Of a stretch of DNA of 64,000 nucleotides, positions 12,455-25,350 are shown piece by piece. Under the pieces are notes generated by a model. That model had not been told where the DNA came from. It did no database searches and saw only the letters and a list, made by a program, of their open reading frames with translations. Source of the DNA: Eledone cirrhosa. Taxonomy: Eukaryota. Each line of letters starts with the position of its first letter. The stretch's first letter is position 1. Both the position numbers and the translations under genes were made by a program. The stretch is taken from the NCBI GenBank assembly GCA_964016885.1, contig OZ024756.1, forward strand, positions 40,858,001 to 40,922,000. Reading direction: 5' to 3'.

Positions 12455-12572
12455 AGGAAAGTGGCTGAGTGGGTAGAGAATTGGATTTGCAATCCTGAAG
12501 TTGCAAGTTTGATTCCCAGACCAGGAAATAGGTTATGTCCTTGAGCAAGACATTTTATTTCATGTTACTCTT
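12455..12572 (+). mobile_element. tRNA-derived SINE head with CORE-like segment
   Basis: gtggctgagtgggtag (A box) ... agtttgattccc (B box) ... tgtccttgagcaagaca; similar to 35797-35900. Confidence 0.7.
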
Positions 12573-12584
12573 TCTACCAGGAAT

Positions 12585-13050
12585 TGTGTGTGTGTGTGTT
12601 GGTGGGTATGCATGTGTTGAGTGTGTGTTGGTGAGCTTGTTGTATGTTTCAAATGAGTGTGTGTATTGGTGAGAACATGTGTTGTATGTGTGCATTGGTG
12701 TGTGTTGGTGGGAGCATGTTGGTGTGAGCGTGTTGGTGTGTGTATTAGTGAGTGTGTGTTGGTGTGTATGTATTGTGTGTTGGTGTGTATGTGTTATGTG
12801 AGCGTGTTGGTGTGTGTGTATTAGTGAGTGTGTGTTGGTGTGTATGTATTGTGTGTTGGTGCGTATGTGTTATGTGAGTGTGTTGTGTAAGTGTGTGTTG
12901 TGTGTGTGTGTTGTGTGTGTGTTGTGTGTGTATGTTGTGTGTTGGTGTGTATGTGTTGTGTGAGTGTGTATATGTGTTATGTGAGTGTGTTGGTGTGTGT
13001 TGTGTGAGTGTGTGCTTGCGTTGTGTGTTGATGAATGTGTTGTTGTGTGA
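12585..13050. repeat. Degenerate (TG)n low-complexity tract
   Basis: Direct inspection. Confidence 0.9.
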
Positions 13051-13760
13051 AAGGATAGTTTACATAAGAGTACCTTGAACCATTAACCAAAGTATCTTGT
13101 TCTATGCCAGATGGTATATTTCTTTCTCACATCCCGAAGAGTTAAGCTGGCTTGTTAGTTTTATGGATATGTTCTGTAGATTTACAGGAAAACTATCTGG
13201 TCTGCTGCAATAAATGGCATCACTCCTAACACCAAACATTCAACTTCCATACTGCCAAACTAATTACGAAACCATATTCAACATTTAAGGTTGATGTTTA
13301 TCCAATAATTGAGAAAGCACTCAAACTAAAATTTGTTGTTAGTTATCTTTGTCTATTGACTAAATCTCTATATTTACAGCACTTCTGGCTCTACTCACTA
13401 ACACGGATTGATTCCAGACAATTCTATCAATATCAAAGACCTAATAGTATTTTTGTTTGGCATTTCTAGCAAATTCATTAGCATTTTTTGCAAATCTATT
13501 TAACAAAAGACAAACAGACAAAATGTTTACTGCTAACATATCTAGAACATCGGATAAAATATCTTCTGGCATTTGTTCCACTTTTCTCTGCTTTTAGTAC
13601 AAATCCTGCTGAACTTTGTCTTTCATCCTTTTTGGGATTTTAGTAAAATTATTGGTTGTTGTATTGGTCGTATATGTTGATGTGTGGTTGGTATAAATTA
13701 TATGCCAACATTTTTTAACTGAATCATTAACATGCATATAAGTGTGTGTGTGTTTATATT

Positions 13761-14117
13761 TATACATATTTGTATAAAGCTATGCTTGAAGCGAAATCTT
13801 ATTTCTTTTCTATTATAAGTTGAGCCAACTTATGCAGTTTCATATGCAAATGAGATTAATCACCTCATTTACACAGACAAGAAAACTATTTATTCTCAGC
13901 TGTTTTCAAGTCCAGCAGTTGCAAGCGGTGGGAGGGACTGTCCTGACGAAGGCCAGTCAATGAAATGCATAGACAGTTGTCCCCCTTGCTCCTGGTGGAC
14001 ACCACCAGAGGGCATTAGCCTCGGTATTTGCATAGTTACGGCTTCCTAAAACGGTGTTTCTTTAGAAATACAAAATTTCTATACGTATTTGTATAAAGCT
14101 ATGCTTGAAGCGAAATC

Positions 14118-14123
<6 letters not shown>
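13761..14123 (+). mobile_element. Retrozyme-like non-coding element: 319-bp unit plus a 44-bp terminal direct repeat, containing an HHR
   Basis: tatac(a/g)tatttgtataaagctatgcttgaagcgaaatcttattt at 13761-13804 and 14080-14123; octamer ATGCAAAT at 13844-13851; HHR at 13937-13977. Confidence 0.7.
13937..13977 (+). ncRNA. Type I minimal hammerhead ribozyme (stem II degenerate)
   Basis: ACTGTC-CTGACGA-aggccagtcaat-GAA-ATGCAT-A-GACAGT: perfect 6-bp stem I, CUGANGA and GAAA cores, palindromic stem III, AUA cleavage triplet (cut after 13971). Stem II does not pair well. Confidence 0.75.
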
Positions 14124-14169
<46 letters not shown>

Positions 14170-14210
14170 CAGACGTAAAATGAATGATGATAGATAGATA
14201 GATAGATATA

Positions 14211-15392
14211 TTTCTTTATTAGCTACAAGGGCGCACAAGAAAAGGGGACAATGCAAAGACATATCAGGGATTTTACATACAGTCGTGTAACAAACAATTA
14301 CAACAATCGAAATCCCCAATAGGGGGGAGGTGCCACAAATGGGTTGCTTAATACCCCATCGATAGAACAACCCTCAACTCCAGGAGCGTGTTGTGCAAGT
14401 GCTCCTTTCTTCCTTTTGCTCTCTTCCTCAACCTATAGGCTTATAAACAGAGAAGGCCCAATCACTCGGGCCATTTTCGCTTCATTCACCCACCTTTCAG
14501 TAAATTTACTGGGGTGCAGTGCCTCTCTCTCCACCCTGATTCTCCTTCTAAAGTGATACTTAAAGAAGAGAATCAATTGTTGTCCGGAGAGAAAGGCATC
14601 TGTCCTCTCAACCTTGTCCACCATATAACTTCTTTCACCATAGCCACCGTACAGAGGAAAACCGCCTCTTTCGTTTTTGAAAGAGGCTGGCGGCTTGATC
14701 TTTACTATGGACTCGGCAGTCAACTGGATTTATCCCATACGCGACAGCAGTTGTTCTGCATAGTTCCACAGGTCGGTTACGCCCGGGCAGTGTACAATTG
14801 TGTGCAGGACTGTTTCAATGTCCTGCGCGCATCTTGGACACATCCTCTTGGAAGGATCCCTGCCAGGGCGTCCGTGCCTGTAGATCTTGTAACAAACTGG
14901 TAGAGCTCCTTGGTAGCACTGCCAGGCCAGGGACGTCTGGAAGTTGTCCATAGGTCCCGGGCGGAAAGTCATACCAAACAGACTGGTGAGCTCATCGTCT
15001 TCGACGCCCAGAGTCTCTCTGAGCACGTCGTCGCCCTTGTAACGTACAATCCCTCTATAGAATGTCGAAGTGGAGTCTCCACTGATTGCTGCGCCCGCTT
15101 GCCAGAGGACTGTGAGCGCCTGAGCGCATTCAATGTGCCAGGCGCCCATCGTTTTCGGTCTTTTCTTCACCGAGGACTGCAGCTCCGTCAGCGAGACGAG
15201 CTGTGGGAAAGCCTGTCTCACAAACGGTGCCCACACCGGTTGGGGGTCGGTGAGGAATACCTGGAGATGCCGCAGCCTCAGCGCATGTTTGCGCATCATC
15301 AGCCACGGCATTCCCAGCCCTCCGTTGGAAGGGTGCTGACAGCAGACAGATCTCCACACCAGCGGAGCCTGCTTCTTCCACAGAAACTGGAA
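14211..15392 (-). mobile_element. 5'-truncated Tx1/L1-type LINE (ORF2 C-terminus with zf-RVT zinc finger and 3' UTR) in a (GATA)n tract
   Basis: FQFLWKKQAPLVWRSVCCQHPSNGGLGMP...LAWQCYQGALPV...CPRCAQDIETVLHTIVHCP; stop at 14730 with homology apparently continuing; AATAAA at the 3' end; gatagatagatagatagatata on both flanks. Confidence 0.88.
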
Positions 15393-16069
15393 GATAGATA
15401 GATAGATAGATAGATATAAATCCTAATCATTTCTCAACAACAGCTATATTTGTGCCTAGAGCTGGGATTGTACATTTATTTTCTACATACATCAAACACT
15501 TTACTGTGTTATAGTAGAGAAGAAATACAAATGTTTGGCAATTTAAGTGTTATCTTAATTCATTTTCATTAGAGGCAGCCATATTGTATTAAACTCCAGA
15601 GATTTTATTATTTATATTATTTTATTCTTAAGCAATGTTTTATATAATACATCTTTTATATTCTATAGAATTAACAGTGATTCTTTGTCTGGAAACATTC
15701 TACTATAGTGATATCAAATTTTCTATTTTAACATAAAACATTCTCTGCTATTTTTGACTTTTTTTATTCACCTCTGATTAGAGTTTTTCAATGTTGTGTA
15801 ATTATATTCTTTAGGCATTGACCTGTTTAGCCTTTGTAAACCCTACCACAAGCTCATAGGAGGATAGGTTTATAGTTCAACATATCTGTCAAATGAGTCT
15901 AACTTCGATGAGAGATAACTATTGCATATAGTGCTAACTTTACCTACTGTTCTGCTGTTATACTGACCACAGATGTTGTATCTACTCAACTAGACCATTA
16001 CAATAAACCAGAAACACAGTAACATTCAATTTTATCTCTAACTATCCTTACTATGAAAAACAACTTGGG

Positions 16070-16230
16070 AGAACAATACAGTACAATGACGATAGATAGA
16101 TATATTAGTTTAACGTTTGATACAGTAGGAAATGAGTTTTAATGTTTCAGACGTTACTCCTTCAACAGAAGATAGAATGAGAAATAAAAGAAGAAATAAA
16201 AAGATAGACAAGAGTAAGAAAAAAAAAAAA
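16070..16230 (-). mobile_element. Penelope-type repeat end with decayed minimal HHR core (family C)
   Basis: Minus strand tatctt-CTGTTGA-aggagtaacgtct-GAAA-cattaaaactc; homologous to 43560-43730, 53040-53220 and 17270-17345. Confidence 0.6.
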
Positions 16231-16887
16231 AACAATACAAGAAAACATTTTTCTAGGAAGGAAATGTATGTGTAGTTAGCCATTTTAGAAAAGTAGAGAT
16301 AGCATGTAAAACAATATAGTCCCTCTCTGTTTTTTTGTTTCAGGAATATCCTTTCCAGGAGGTATAATCCTGATTTATAAACCTCATTATGGGAGGAAAC
16401 AGTTTTAACATAATGCTGTAAATATTTGGCAATAATTTAGCTAAGTAATGGCTTTGGTTACATATATATATTTTTTTGATTCCTACTTTTGAGTCGATTA
16501 TAGAGATATACATACATACCTCCTACCACAGACATACATACACACACACACACACACATACACATACACATATATATATACACACACATATATATACATG
16601 TTACTTAAAATACATGGCTCAAGATTGATGGTGCATGTGAGATATACACACATACACCCTACACATACATACATGCATGTGAGATATACACACATACACC
16701 CTACACATACATACATGCACACACACATACACACATACATACACACACACACACATATGAGAGGTTTCTGTTCAGTAGCAGTTATGCCATTTTATGGTTA
16801 TAACATGTATTTTCTCTAAGAACATAGAAATATATTGTAAATAATAGATGTCGGTCATCAAATTCGACTGACTGGGTCTCTTGGACA

Positions 16888-17021
16888 ACATATTTAGTCC
16901 AGTCATATATATAAAACCTTCATAAATCTGGTCGACATATTTAGTCCAGTCATATATATAAAACCTTCATAGATCTGGTCGACATATTTAGTCCAGTCAT
17001 ATATATAAAACCTTCATAGAT
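16888..17021. repeat. 47-bp tandem repeat, about 3 copies
   Basis: Unit gacatatttagtccagtcatatatataaaaccttcata(a/g)atctggtc. Confidence 0.9.
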
Positions 17022-17114
17022 TTCAGGCACAGTAATCATAGTACAACAATTTCAATCTAAGCTATTTGGATATTTTGCTTAATAATCCATATCTCTCTCC
17101 TCTCTCTCTCTCTA

Positions 17115-17146
<32 letters not shown>

Positions 17147-17160
17147 AATATTTAAATAAA

Positions 17161-17227
17161 TATTTCTTCTGATGAATGAAGACAGACATAAGTATATGTC
17201 TTCAAGAAACCACTGGTAAATGAAATA
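17161..17227 (+). ncRNA. Type I hammerhead ribozyme
   Basis: TATTTCTT-CTGATGA-a-TGAAGACA(12 nt)TGTCTTCA-a-GAA-ACCA c TGGT-A-AATGAAATA: 8-bp stem II, 4-bp stem III, GUA triplet at 17216-17218, stem I with one bulge. An A-A mismatch closes stem II. Confidence 0.7.
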
Positions 17228-17695
17228 ATTATCTTATGTTGTTTATTACGTAACTAAATATATATATATGCAAACCAAACGACACAGTAGAATGAAGAAA
17301 TATATGAGTTTTACGCTTGATATAGTAGGAAAAGTCTTAATGTTCTGTGTGTGTGTATATATATGTATTTACACACACACACACACATATATATATATAA
17401 GACAAGAATAGATAAAAATAAAGTAGCCGCCATCTTTGTTTGATATTAGCAATACTTGTAGGACATCAGTGTTCTTCTTCAAGTGTTTTTATGAAAGACT
17501 ACTGAAATAGTGTATAAAAAAGATTGTAGCTAAACAAGTGTTATGAAGACAATATAGAATAAAAGACAGAAGGTATTTTCAGCAATCATTTCTTTCATCT
17601 CAAATTATTCCTTTTTTTCATTATATAAGAATTCTTTGATAATTTACTTTCTTTTTATTTCCATTAGTTGTCTATAGTTAATTGTTTTGGTGGTT

Positions 17696-17927
17696 TATAT
17701 ATATATATATATATACATATATATACAGATACACACATGTATATACATACATATATATATAGATACACACATATGTATATACATATATATATATATATAC
17801 AGATATACACATATGTATATACATACATATATATATACAGATACACACATGTATATACATACATATATATACAGATACACACATGTATATACATATATAC
17901 ACCTATATATATATATACACACATATA
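17696..17927. repeat. TA/CA-rich short-period tandem repeat
   Basis: Recurring atatacagatacacacatgtatatacatac units. Confidence 0.85.
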
Positions 17928-18046
17928 AATTATGTGTGTTCATTATGTGTAAATCCATAGATGTAGAAAGAAGTTGTATAAATGTGAAGATGAAACAATA
18001 GATAATATGATTAAGGAAAGTTTTATTGAAGGAAAGAAGAATTAAT

Positions 18047-21000
18047 GATGTTGTGTAGATGAGAGATGAGATGTTGTGTAGATGAGAGATGAGATGTTGT
18101 GTAGATGAGAAATGAGATGATGTATAGATGAGAGATGAGATGTGTAGATGAGAGATGAGATGTTGTGTAGATGAGAAATGAGATGATGTGTAGATGAGAA
18201 ATGAGATGATGTGTAGATGAGAGATGAGATGATGTGTAGATGAGAGATGAGATGTTGTGTAGATGAGAGATGAGATGATGTATAGATGAGAGATGAGATG
18301 ATGTATAGATGAGAGATGAGATGATGTGTAGATGAGAGATGAGATGATGTGTAGATGAGAGATGAGATGATGTATAGATGAGAGATGAGATGATGTGTAG
18401 ATGAGAGTTGAGATGTTGTGTAGATGAGAGATGAGATGATGTATAGATGAGAGATGAGATGATGTATAGATGAGAGATGAGATGATGTGTAGATGAGAGA
18501 TGAGATGATGTGTAGATGAGAGATGAGATGAGATGTGTAGATGAGAGATGAGATGATGTATAGATGAGAGATGAGATGATGTGTAGATGAGAGATGAGAT
18601 GATGAGAGATGAGATGTTGTGTAGATCAGAGATGAGATGTTGTGTAGATGAGAGATGAGATGATGTGTAGATGAGAGATGAGATGATGTGTAGATGAGAG
18701 ATGAGATGTTGTGTAGATGAGAGATGAGATGTTGTGTAGATGAGAGATGAGATGATGTGTAGATGAGAGATGAGATGTGTAGATGAGAGATGAGATGATG
18801 TATAGATGAGAGATGAGATGATGTGTAGATGAGAGATGAGATGATGTGTAGATGAGAGATGAGATGTGTAGATGAGAGATGAGATGATGTGTAGATGAGA
18901 GATGAGATGATGTATAGATGAGAGATGAGATGATGTATAGATGAGAGATGAGATGTTGTGTAGATGAGAGATGAGATGTTGTGTAGATGAGAGATGAGAT
19001 GTTGTGTACATGAGAGATGAGATGTGTAGATGAGAGATGAGATGATGTATAGATGAGAGATGAGATGATGTGTAGATGAGAGATGAGATGTTGTGTAGAT
19101 GAGAGATGAGATGATGTGTAGATGAGAGATGAGATGATGTGTAGATGAGAGATGAGATGATGTGTAGATGAGAGATGAGATGATGTGTAGATGAGAGATG
19201 AGATGTTGTGTAGATGAGAGATGAGATGATGTGTAGATGAGAGATGAGATGTTGTGTAGATGAGAGATGAGATGTTGTGTAGATGAGAGATGAGATGATG
19301 TGTAGATGAGAGATGAGATGATGAGAGATGAGATGTTGTGTAGATGAGAGATGAGATGTTGTGTAGATGAGAGATGAGATGATGTGTAGATGAGAGATGA
19401 GATGATGAGAGATGAGATGTTGTGTAGATGAGAGATGAGATGTTGTGTAGATGAGAGATGAGATGATGTGTAGATGAGAGATGAGATGTTGTGTAGATGA
19501 GAGATGAGATGTTGTGTAGATGAGAGATGAGATGATGTGTAGATGAGAGATGAGATGTTGTATAGATGAGAGATGAGATGATGTGTAGATGAGAGATGAG
19601 ATGATGTGTAGATGAGAGATGAGATGATGTGTAGATGAGAGATGAGATGTTGTGTAGATGAGAGATGAGATGATGTGTAGATGAGAGATGAGATGATGTG
19701 TAGATGAGAGATGAGATGTTGTGTAGATGAGAGATGAGATGATGTGTAGATGAGAGATGAGATGATGAGAGATGAGATGTTGTGTAGATCAGAGATGAGA
19801 TGTTGTGTAGATCAGAGATGAGATGATGAGAGATGAGATGTTGTGTAGATCAGAGATGAGATGTTGTGTAGATGAGAGATGAGATGATGTATAGATGAGA
19901 GATGAGATGATGTATAGATGAGAGATGAGATGATGTATAGATGAGAGATGAGATGATGTGTAGATGAGAGATGAGATGATGTATAGATGAGAGATGAGAT
20001 GATGTATAGATGAGAGATGAGATGATGTATAGATGAGAGATGAGATGATGTATAGATGAGAGATGAGATGATGTATAGATGAGAGATGAGATGTTGTGTA
20101 GATGAGAGATGAGATGTTGTGTAGATGAGAGATGAGATGATGTATAGATGAGAGATGAGATGTTGTATAGATGAGAGATGAGATGATGTATAGATGAGAG
20201 ATGAGATGTTGTGTAGATGAGAGATGAGATGATGTATAGATGAGAGATGAGATGTTGTATAGATGAGAGATGAGATGATGTATAGATGAGAGATGAGATG
20301 ATGTATAGATGAGAGATGAGATGATGTGTAGATGAGAGATGAGATGATGTGTAGATGAGAGATGAGATGTGTAGATGAGAGATGAGATGATGTGTAGATG
20401 AGAGATGAGATGATGTATAGATGAGAGATGAGATGTCGTGTAGATGAGAGATGAGATGATGTATAGATGAGAGATGAGATGATGTGTAGATGAGAGATGA
20501 GATGATGTGTAGATGAGAGATGAGATGTGTAGATGAGAGATGAGATGTGTAGATGAGAGATGAGATGTGTAGATGAGAGATGAGATGATGTGTAGATGAG
20601 AGATGAGATGATGTATAGATGAGAGATGAGATGATGTATAGATGAGAGATAAGATGATGTGTAGATGAGAGATGAGATGTTGTGTAGATGAGAGATGAGA
20701 TGATGTGTAGATGAGAGATGAGATGTTGTGTAGATGAGAGATGAGATGATGTGTAGATGAGAGATGAGATGTTGTGTAGATGAGAGATGAGATGATGTGT
20801 AGATGAGAGATGAGATGTTGTGTAGATGAGAGATGAGATGATGTATAGATGAGCGATGAGATGATGTGTAGATGAGAGATGAGATGATGTATAGATGAGA
20901 GATGAGATGTTGTATAGATGAGAGATGAGATGATGTGTAGATGAGAGATGAGATGTGTAGATGAGAAATGAGATGTGTAGATGAGAAATGAGATGTGTAG

Positions 21001-21090
21001 ATGAGGAATGAGATGTGTAGATGAGGAATGAGATGTGTAGATGAGGAATGAGATGTGTAGATGAGGAATGAGATGTGTAGATGAGAGATG
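18047..21090. repeat. Satellite of about 3 kb, 23-bp unit (20-bp variants), almost C-free on the plus strand
   Basis: Unit gatgagagatgagatg(a/t)tgt(g/a)ta. Confidence 0.97.
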
Positions 21091-21664
21091 TGTCTATTCT
21101 ATTACTTTACTAGGGAGCAGTAACCCCTACTGACTTGAGCTTCCCAATTCTTGACAGAGGCAAATTGCATGATGATCCCTGATTACCCTCTTCTCTTGTT
21201 ATATTCTCACAGCATGTTTCTATAACCAACAGCATGAGTACTCTATCACTGAGCCAGAATCCTACTGTTATATTTACACAGGTAAAACACAAATATACAC
21301 AATTACACCTATATGAAAACTACCAGACAAAGGTAGATTGGCAATCAGACAGGTGTGTATATTTGGCTCAAACAAGTCAGATAAGGTCAAATAAGCATTC
21401 CATGTTCAAATACAGCGTAGGTGCCAAACAAATTTAACAATATGGAGCCAAGTCTCTGCTACTTGGCAAGATGTCCCGAAAATGTTTTTTTCATTGGGTA
21501 AATAACTGGTAAATATATTGCCATAGACAGGGAGAAAGTTGCATAATTCTGTGTTGATTGAGGTATCTATGTATAATGTGAAGTGTATGAAAACACCTGA
21601 TTGAGTTAGAGGTGTTCAGACCTACGAAACTACTAGTAATGCAGGAATAAGTCAAAGCCTTAAT

Positions 21665-21727
<63 letters not shown>

Positions 21728-21804
21728 CAGGGTGTCCCCAAAAATATGTACACACTTCAACAGCATTCAAATCAAAGTGTGTATACATTTTTTGGGACAC
21801 CCTG
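21728..21804. mobile_element. 77-bp Tc1/mariner-type MITE
   Basis: TA|CAGGGTGTCCCCAAAAATATGTACACACTT ... AAGTGTGTATACATTTTTTGGGACACCCTG|TG: imperfect TIRs of about 30 bp starting CAGGG; the right-hand TA target duplication reads TG. Confidence 0.8.
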
Positions 21805-24158
21805 TGTATACATGATGAATGAATACCTTGACAATTTGCAATTTCTGGATACACACAAAAAAAGTGGCAGCCATTGAGCTGAGGATTGATAGAATTGAAG
21901 AGCAGGTAATTAGGTAGTTAATAACTAGGTTGGTATAAAATTGAAGAAGAATTTGTGAAAGGAGAAAAAAAGATGAAAAAAAAGCCCAACTATATATGAA
22001 AATGAAATGAAAAATATCTATAGACATTATATAATTAGAAAATACTGAACTGGAGGCCAAAATTGAAAATGTTGCTTGTTGGAAACTGTTTTATTTCATA
22101 ATGAGATGAATGAAAGTAGTTGAGATATTTTGTCAGTCACAAGATTTAAAGAGTATTCTATAGCTTTAAGGATATTCAGAAATATGTATTCCTCCATCTC
22201 TATGGAAAGAAATACTCATATTATGTGTGTATGTGTCAGTGTGTGTGTGTGTGTGCACATGTGTATGTCTATCTATCATCTACCTATCTCTCTCTCTACC
22301 TATCTCTCTCTCTCTCTCTACCTATCTCTCTCTCTATCTATCTATCTATCTCTCTACCTACCTACCTACCTACCTACCTATCTGTCTATTTGTAACACGT
22401 CTATTTCTATTTTTCTATTATCTATCAATATACTGCATGGTGTTGATTACAGTGTATGTATGTATGTATGTATGTATGTATGTATGTATGTATGTATGTA
22501 TGTATGTATGTAGGTATGATGATAATGATGATACTATATTATTATACATAGAAGATAGAGAAGGCCATAGAGTCTGTCATTGTTACACTGTGATGTTTCT
22601 GGAATCAATGAAATCCCAATATATTTAACTCTTATTGATTCCCTTCTTTCATTCCCTTACAATATTTCTCTTGTTCAATTCTTTCATTTATATTTTAGTT
22701 GATAAAAACAATCTTCAAACCCCCAGACCTATTTATTTATTTATTTATTCTAATGTATGTCATGAAGCAATGTACCAGTCACATCCACTGGGCCATCCTT
22801 CCCTCCCTCCAAGAAACTTCTTTTGAAACAATAGATATCAGTTGTTTTTATATATTATTTTTGTTGTTGCAAAATAAGATGATTACTAGAGTTTTTATTT
22901 GTCTGAATCTATTTTTTTCTTTCATTGAAGATCTTTAAGAATTGTTATGTAAATGGAAGCTTGATCATAAATACCAGAAAATGACATTTGAACAGAATTC
23001 TAGTTGCCCCTGACGACTGCTTAATAACTAGAAACACTGACAAAACTATATAAATAACATCAAGTATATCAACAAACTAAATTTCTACCATTTAACTTTA
23101 TATCACTTTTATGAAATAAATGTATTAAAAAAAAAACCCTATCACAGAAACAAACCGAATAGAATACAAGTTGTATGGTTATTCTTTAGTAAAGAATGTT
23201 GAAGATAGATACTGTAGTTTGACAGTGTACTGGAGAGCAGCTGGTAACTTGTCAGATTGCAATTCACAGTCTGGGTCTGATGACAAACTCTCGGTCTGAT
23301 GACAAAGCCTGGGTCTGATGGCAATTTCCTCAGGTTGCTGCTGCAGAAACTATTGCTTATATAACGATGATGGCCATCATCATCATATAATGGGTCTACA
23401 TCTCACTTACGTACGGTTCCACATTCTACTGAGTCTATCTTATCATGTCATCAGCACAAGAGAGGTTGTCATGCTTTTGGCATAACTGAAGGGTCCTCCC
23501 AACTGTTTGGCAACTTTTCTACAGCTGGCTGCCCACCACTTTACAGCATGTATTAATAATAATAATGAAATTATTGTGTACAGTGCTCAGCTGCACTACA
23601 ACTCATCAAAGGTGCATGTATAGTACATAGAATAATGTACAAATGTCAGGAAAATGATAAATATTAGGTGTTTACCATCTAGATCACCACCACTAAGGAG
23701 GCAAACTGAAAAGTCCTCCCAATGAAAATAAATCACAAATGTGAAAATAAGGGATTTAGCTAACTTACAAACTGTCTTGTCATTCTCTTCAGCTATTCCT
23801 AGTTTACTTCACTAGAAGATATTAAAATACATAATAATATAAAATAAAATTGGAGAAAAGAAGGAGGGATAACCACTTAAGAAAGATAATAAAGTTACAA
23901 CTGCTCTCTATTTCTAGGGAATTCCCTCTCCCTACCCCAGCCTCACCACCAGATCAGACTATCTTAATTCACCCACCCCACCACTATACCTTACCAACGA
24001 GACAATGGCTCTTCCCATACCCACTTGCTCTGAGCAATTCTTGAAGGTGAAGCAGATTTCCTTGCAAATAAATATATAAATGAGTATAAATATATTTGAT
24101 TAGGAAAACAAAAAGGAAATGTTTCAGTCTTAAAAACTGAAACATCAATTATCTTTAC

Positions 24159-24231
24159 CTGCCACAGGTGTGTTTTTATGATTAATATTGATGTTTTCAG
24201 CAGGTTTCACTCCTTTTAACATGTTAACCTT
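24159..24231 (-). CDS. Candidate 73-nt exon (KVNMLKGVKPAENININHKNTPVA, phase 0 to phase 1)
   Basis: atttttgttttaattattatttcaacataaagcag|AAGGTT...GTGGCAG|gtaaag; open frame, phase-compatible with the donor at 33608. Confidence 0.45.
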
Positions 24232-24429
24232 CTGCTTTATGTTGAAATAATAATTAAAACAAAAATGCTGTTTTGTATATTTATCTTTCTTCCATTCACT
24301 GACTTAGTTTCTATTTCTTTCAGATGTATATAATCAACGATAATTAAAGTAATAACAGGGTTATCAGAGCTTCTCTAATGTAAACTTTTAGTTTATTTTC
24401 TTAACCCTACAATAATGGAATGGTGTATA

Positions 24430-24690
24430 GAGTTACCTGATTGAGAGAGGGAAATAAAGAGTTATGTGGTTGAGAGAGGGAAATAAAGAGTTATGTGGTT
24501 GAGAGAGGGAAATAGTGTTGTGGTTGAGAGAGGGAAATAAAGAGTTACCTGATTGAGAGAGGGAAATAAAGAGTGTTGTGGTTGAGAGAGGGAAATAAAG
24601 AGTTACCTGATTGAGAGAGGGAAATAAAGAGTTATGTGGTTGAGAGAGGGAAATAAAGAGTTACCTGATTGAGAGAGGGAAATAAAGAGT
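24430..24690. repeat. Minisatellite, unit about 28-30 bp, about 9 copies
   Basis: Unit gagtta(cctga/tgtgg)ttgagagagggaaataaa. Confidence 0.9.
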
Positions 24691-24842
24691 AAAGATTGTT
24701 TTTCTTCGAAGTAAGGAAAATAGAAGAATATATAAAATAGATAAAGAAACTCATAAAACATATAAGATAAAAAATGAACTCCTATAAGATTAAAAAAAAA
24801 AGAACTCAGTTATCACCCAGGCCCTTTAACACAGGGTTTGTC

Positions 24843-24934
24843 ATTCAACTATTCTAGCCATTAGCTATTAAGTCTTAGACTTTCAATTCAACTATTCTAG
24901 CCATTAGCTATTAAGTCTTAGACTTTCAATTCAA
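24843..24934. repeat. Exact tandem duplication of about 43 bp
   Basis: attcaactattctagccattagctattaagtcttagactttca occurs twice in tandem. Confidence 0.9.
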
Positions 24935-25129
24935 GAATAAATAAGAAATTAAACAACAAAATTAGTAGTTTTTAATTAATTTATAAATTGTCAAGAGTTT
25001 GTTGAGTAGATAGGAATGTTAGACAACTGAACTGATATAGTGTTTTGCTTCATACTAATATAGTTTTTTTAATTTTTTAATTAAAATTTTACTGATTTTG
25101 ACTTTGTGTTTTCAAATGTGAGGGTCAAT

Positions 25130-25350
25130 AGAATGTAGAAAACCTGCCAAACAAATCCCAGTGGAAGGTAGCTGCAGTTGAGGGAGACCAAGGAAGACCT
25201 GGGCAGAGTTGGTGAGAACTGATTGCAAATCCCTGAATCTCCAAGAGGAGATAATGGAAGACTGTCATAAGTGGAGGGAGGCTGGGCTGAAAAAGTCCAT
25301 TCAACTCTTCCAAATGTAGATGTAAAATAGTGATGATAGTGATGATGATG
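25130..25350 (+). mobile_element. RTE LINE 3'-end fragment with GAT tail
   Basis: aaatcccagtggaaggtagctgcagttgagggagaccaaggaagacctgggcagag matches about 61622-61680 (RPRKTW motif). Confidence 0.8.

Noticed and set aside
17479-17501. Strong minus-strand acceptor giving VVFHKNT-stop after the 24159 donor
   Set aside because: Phase-compatible but too short to distinguish from chance without transcript data.
23005-23050. CTGACGA...GAAAC hammerhead-like spacing
   Set aside because: Stems I, II and III do not pair convincingly; at best a decayed copy.
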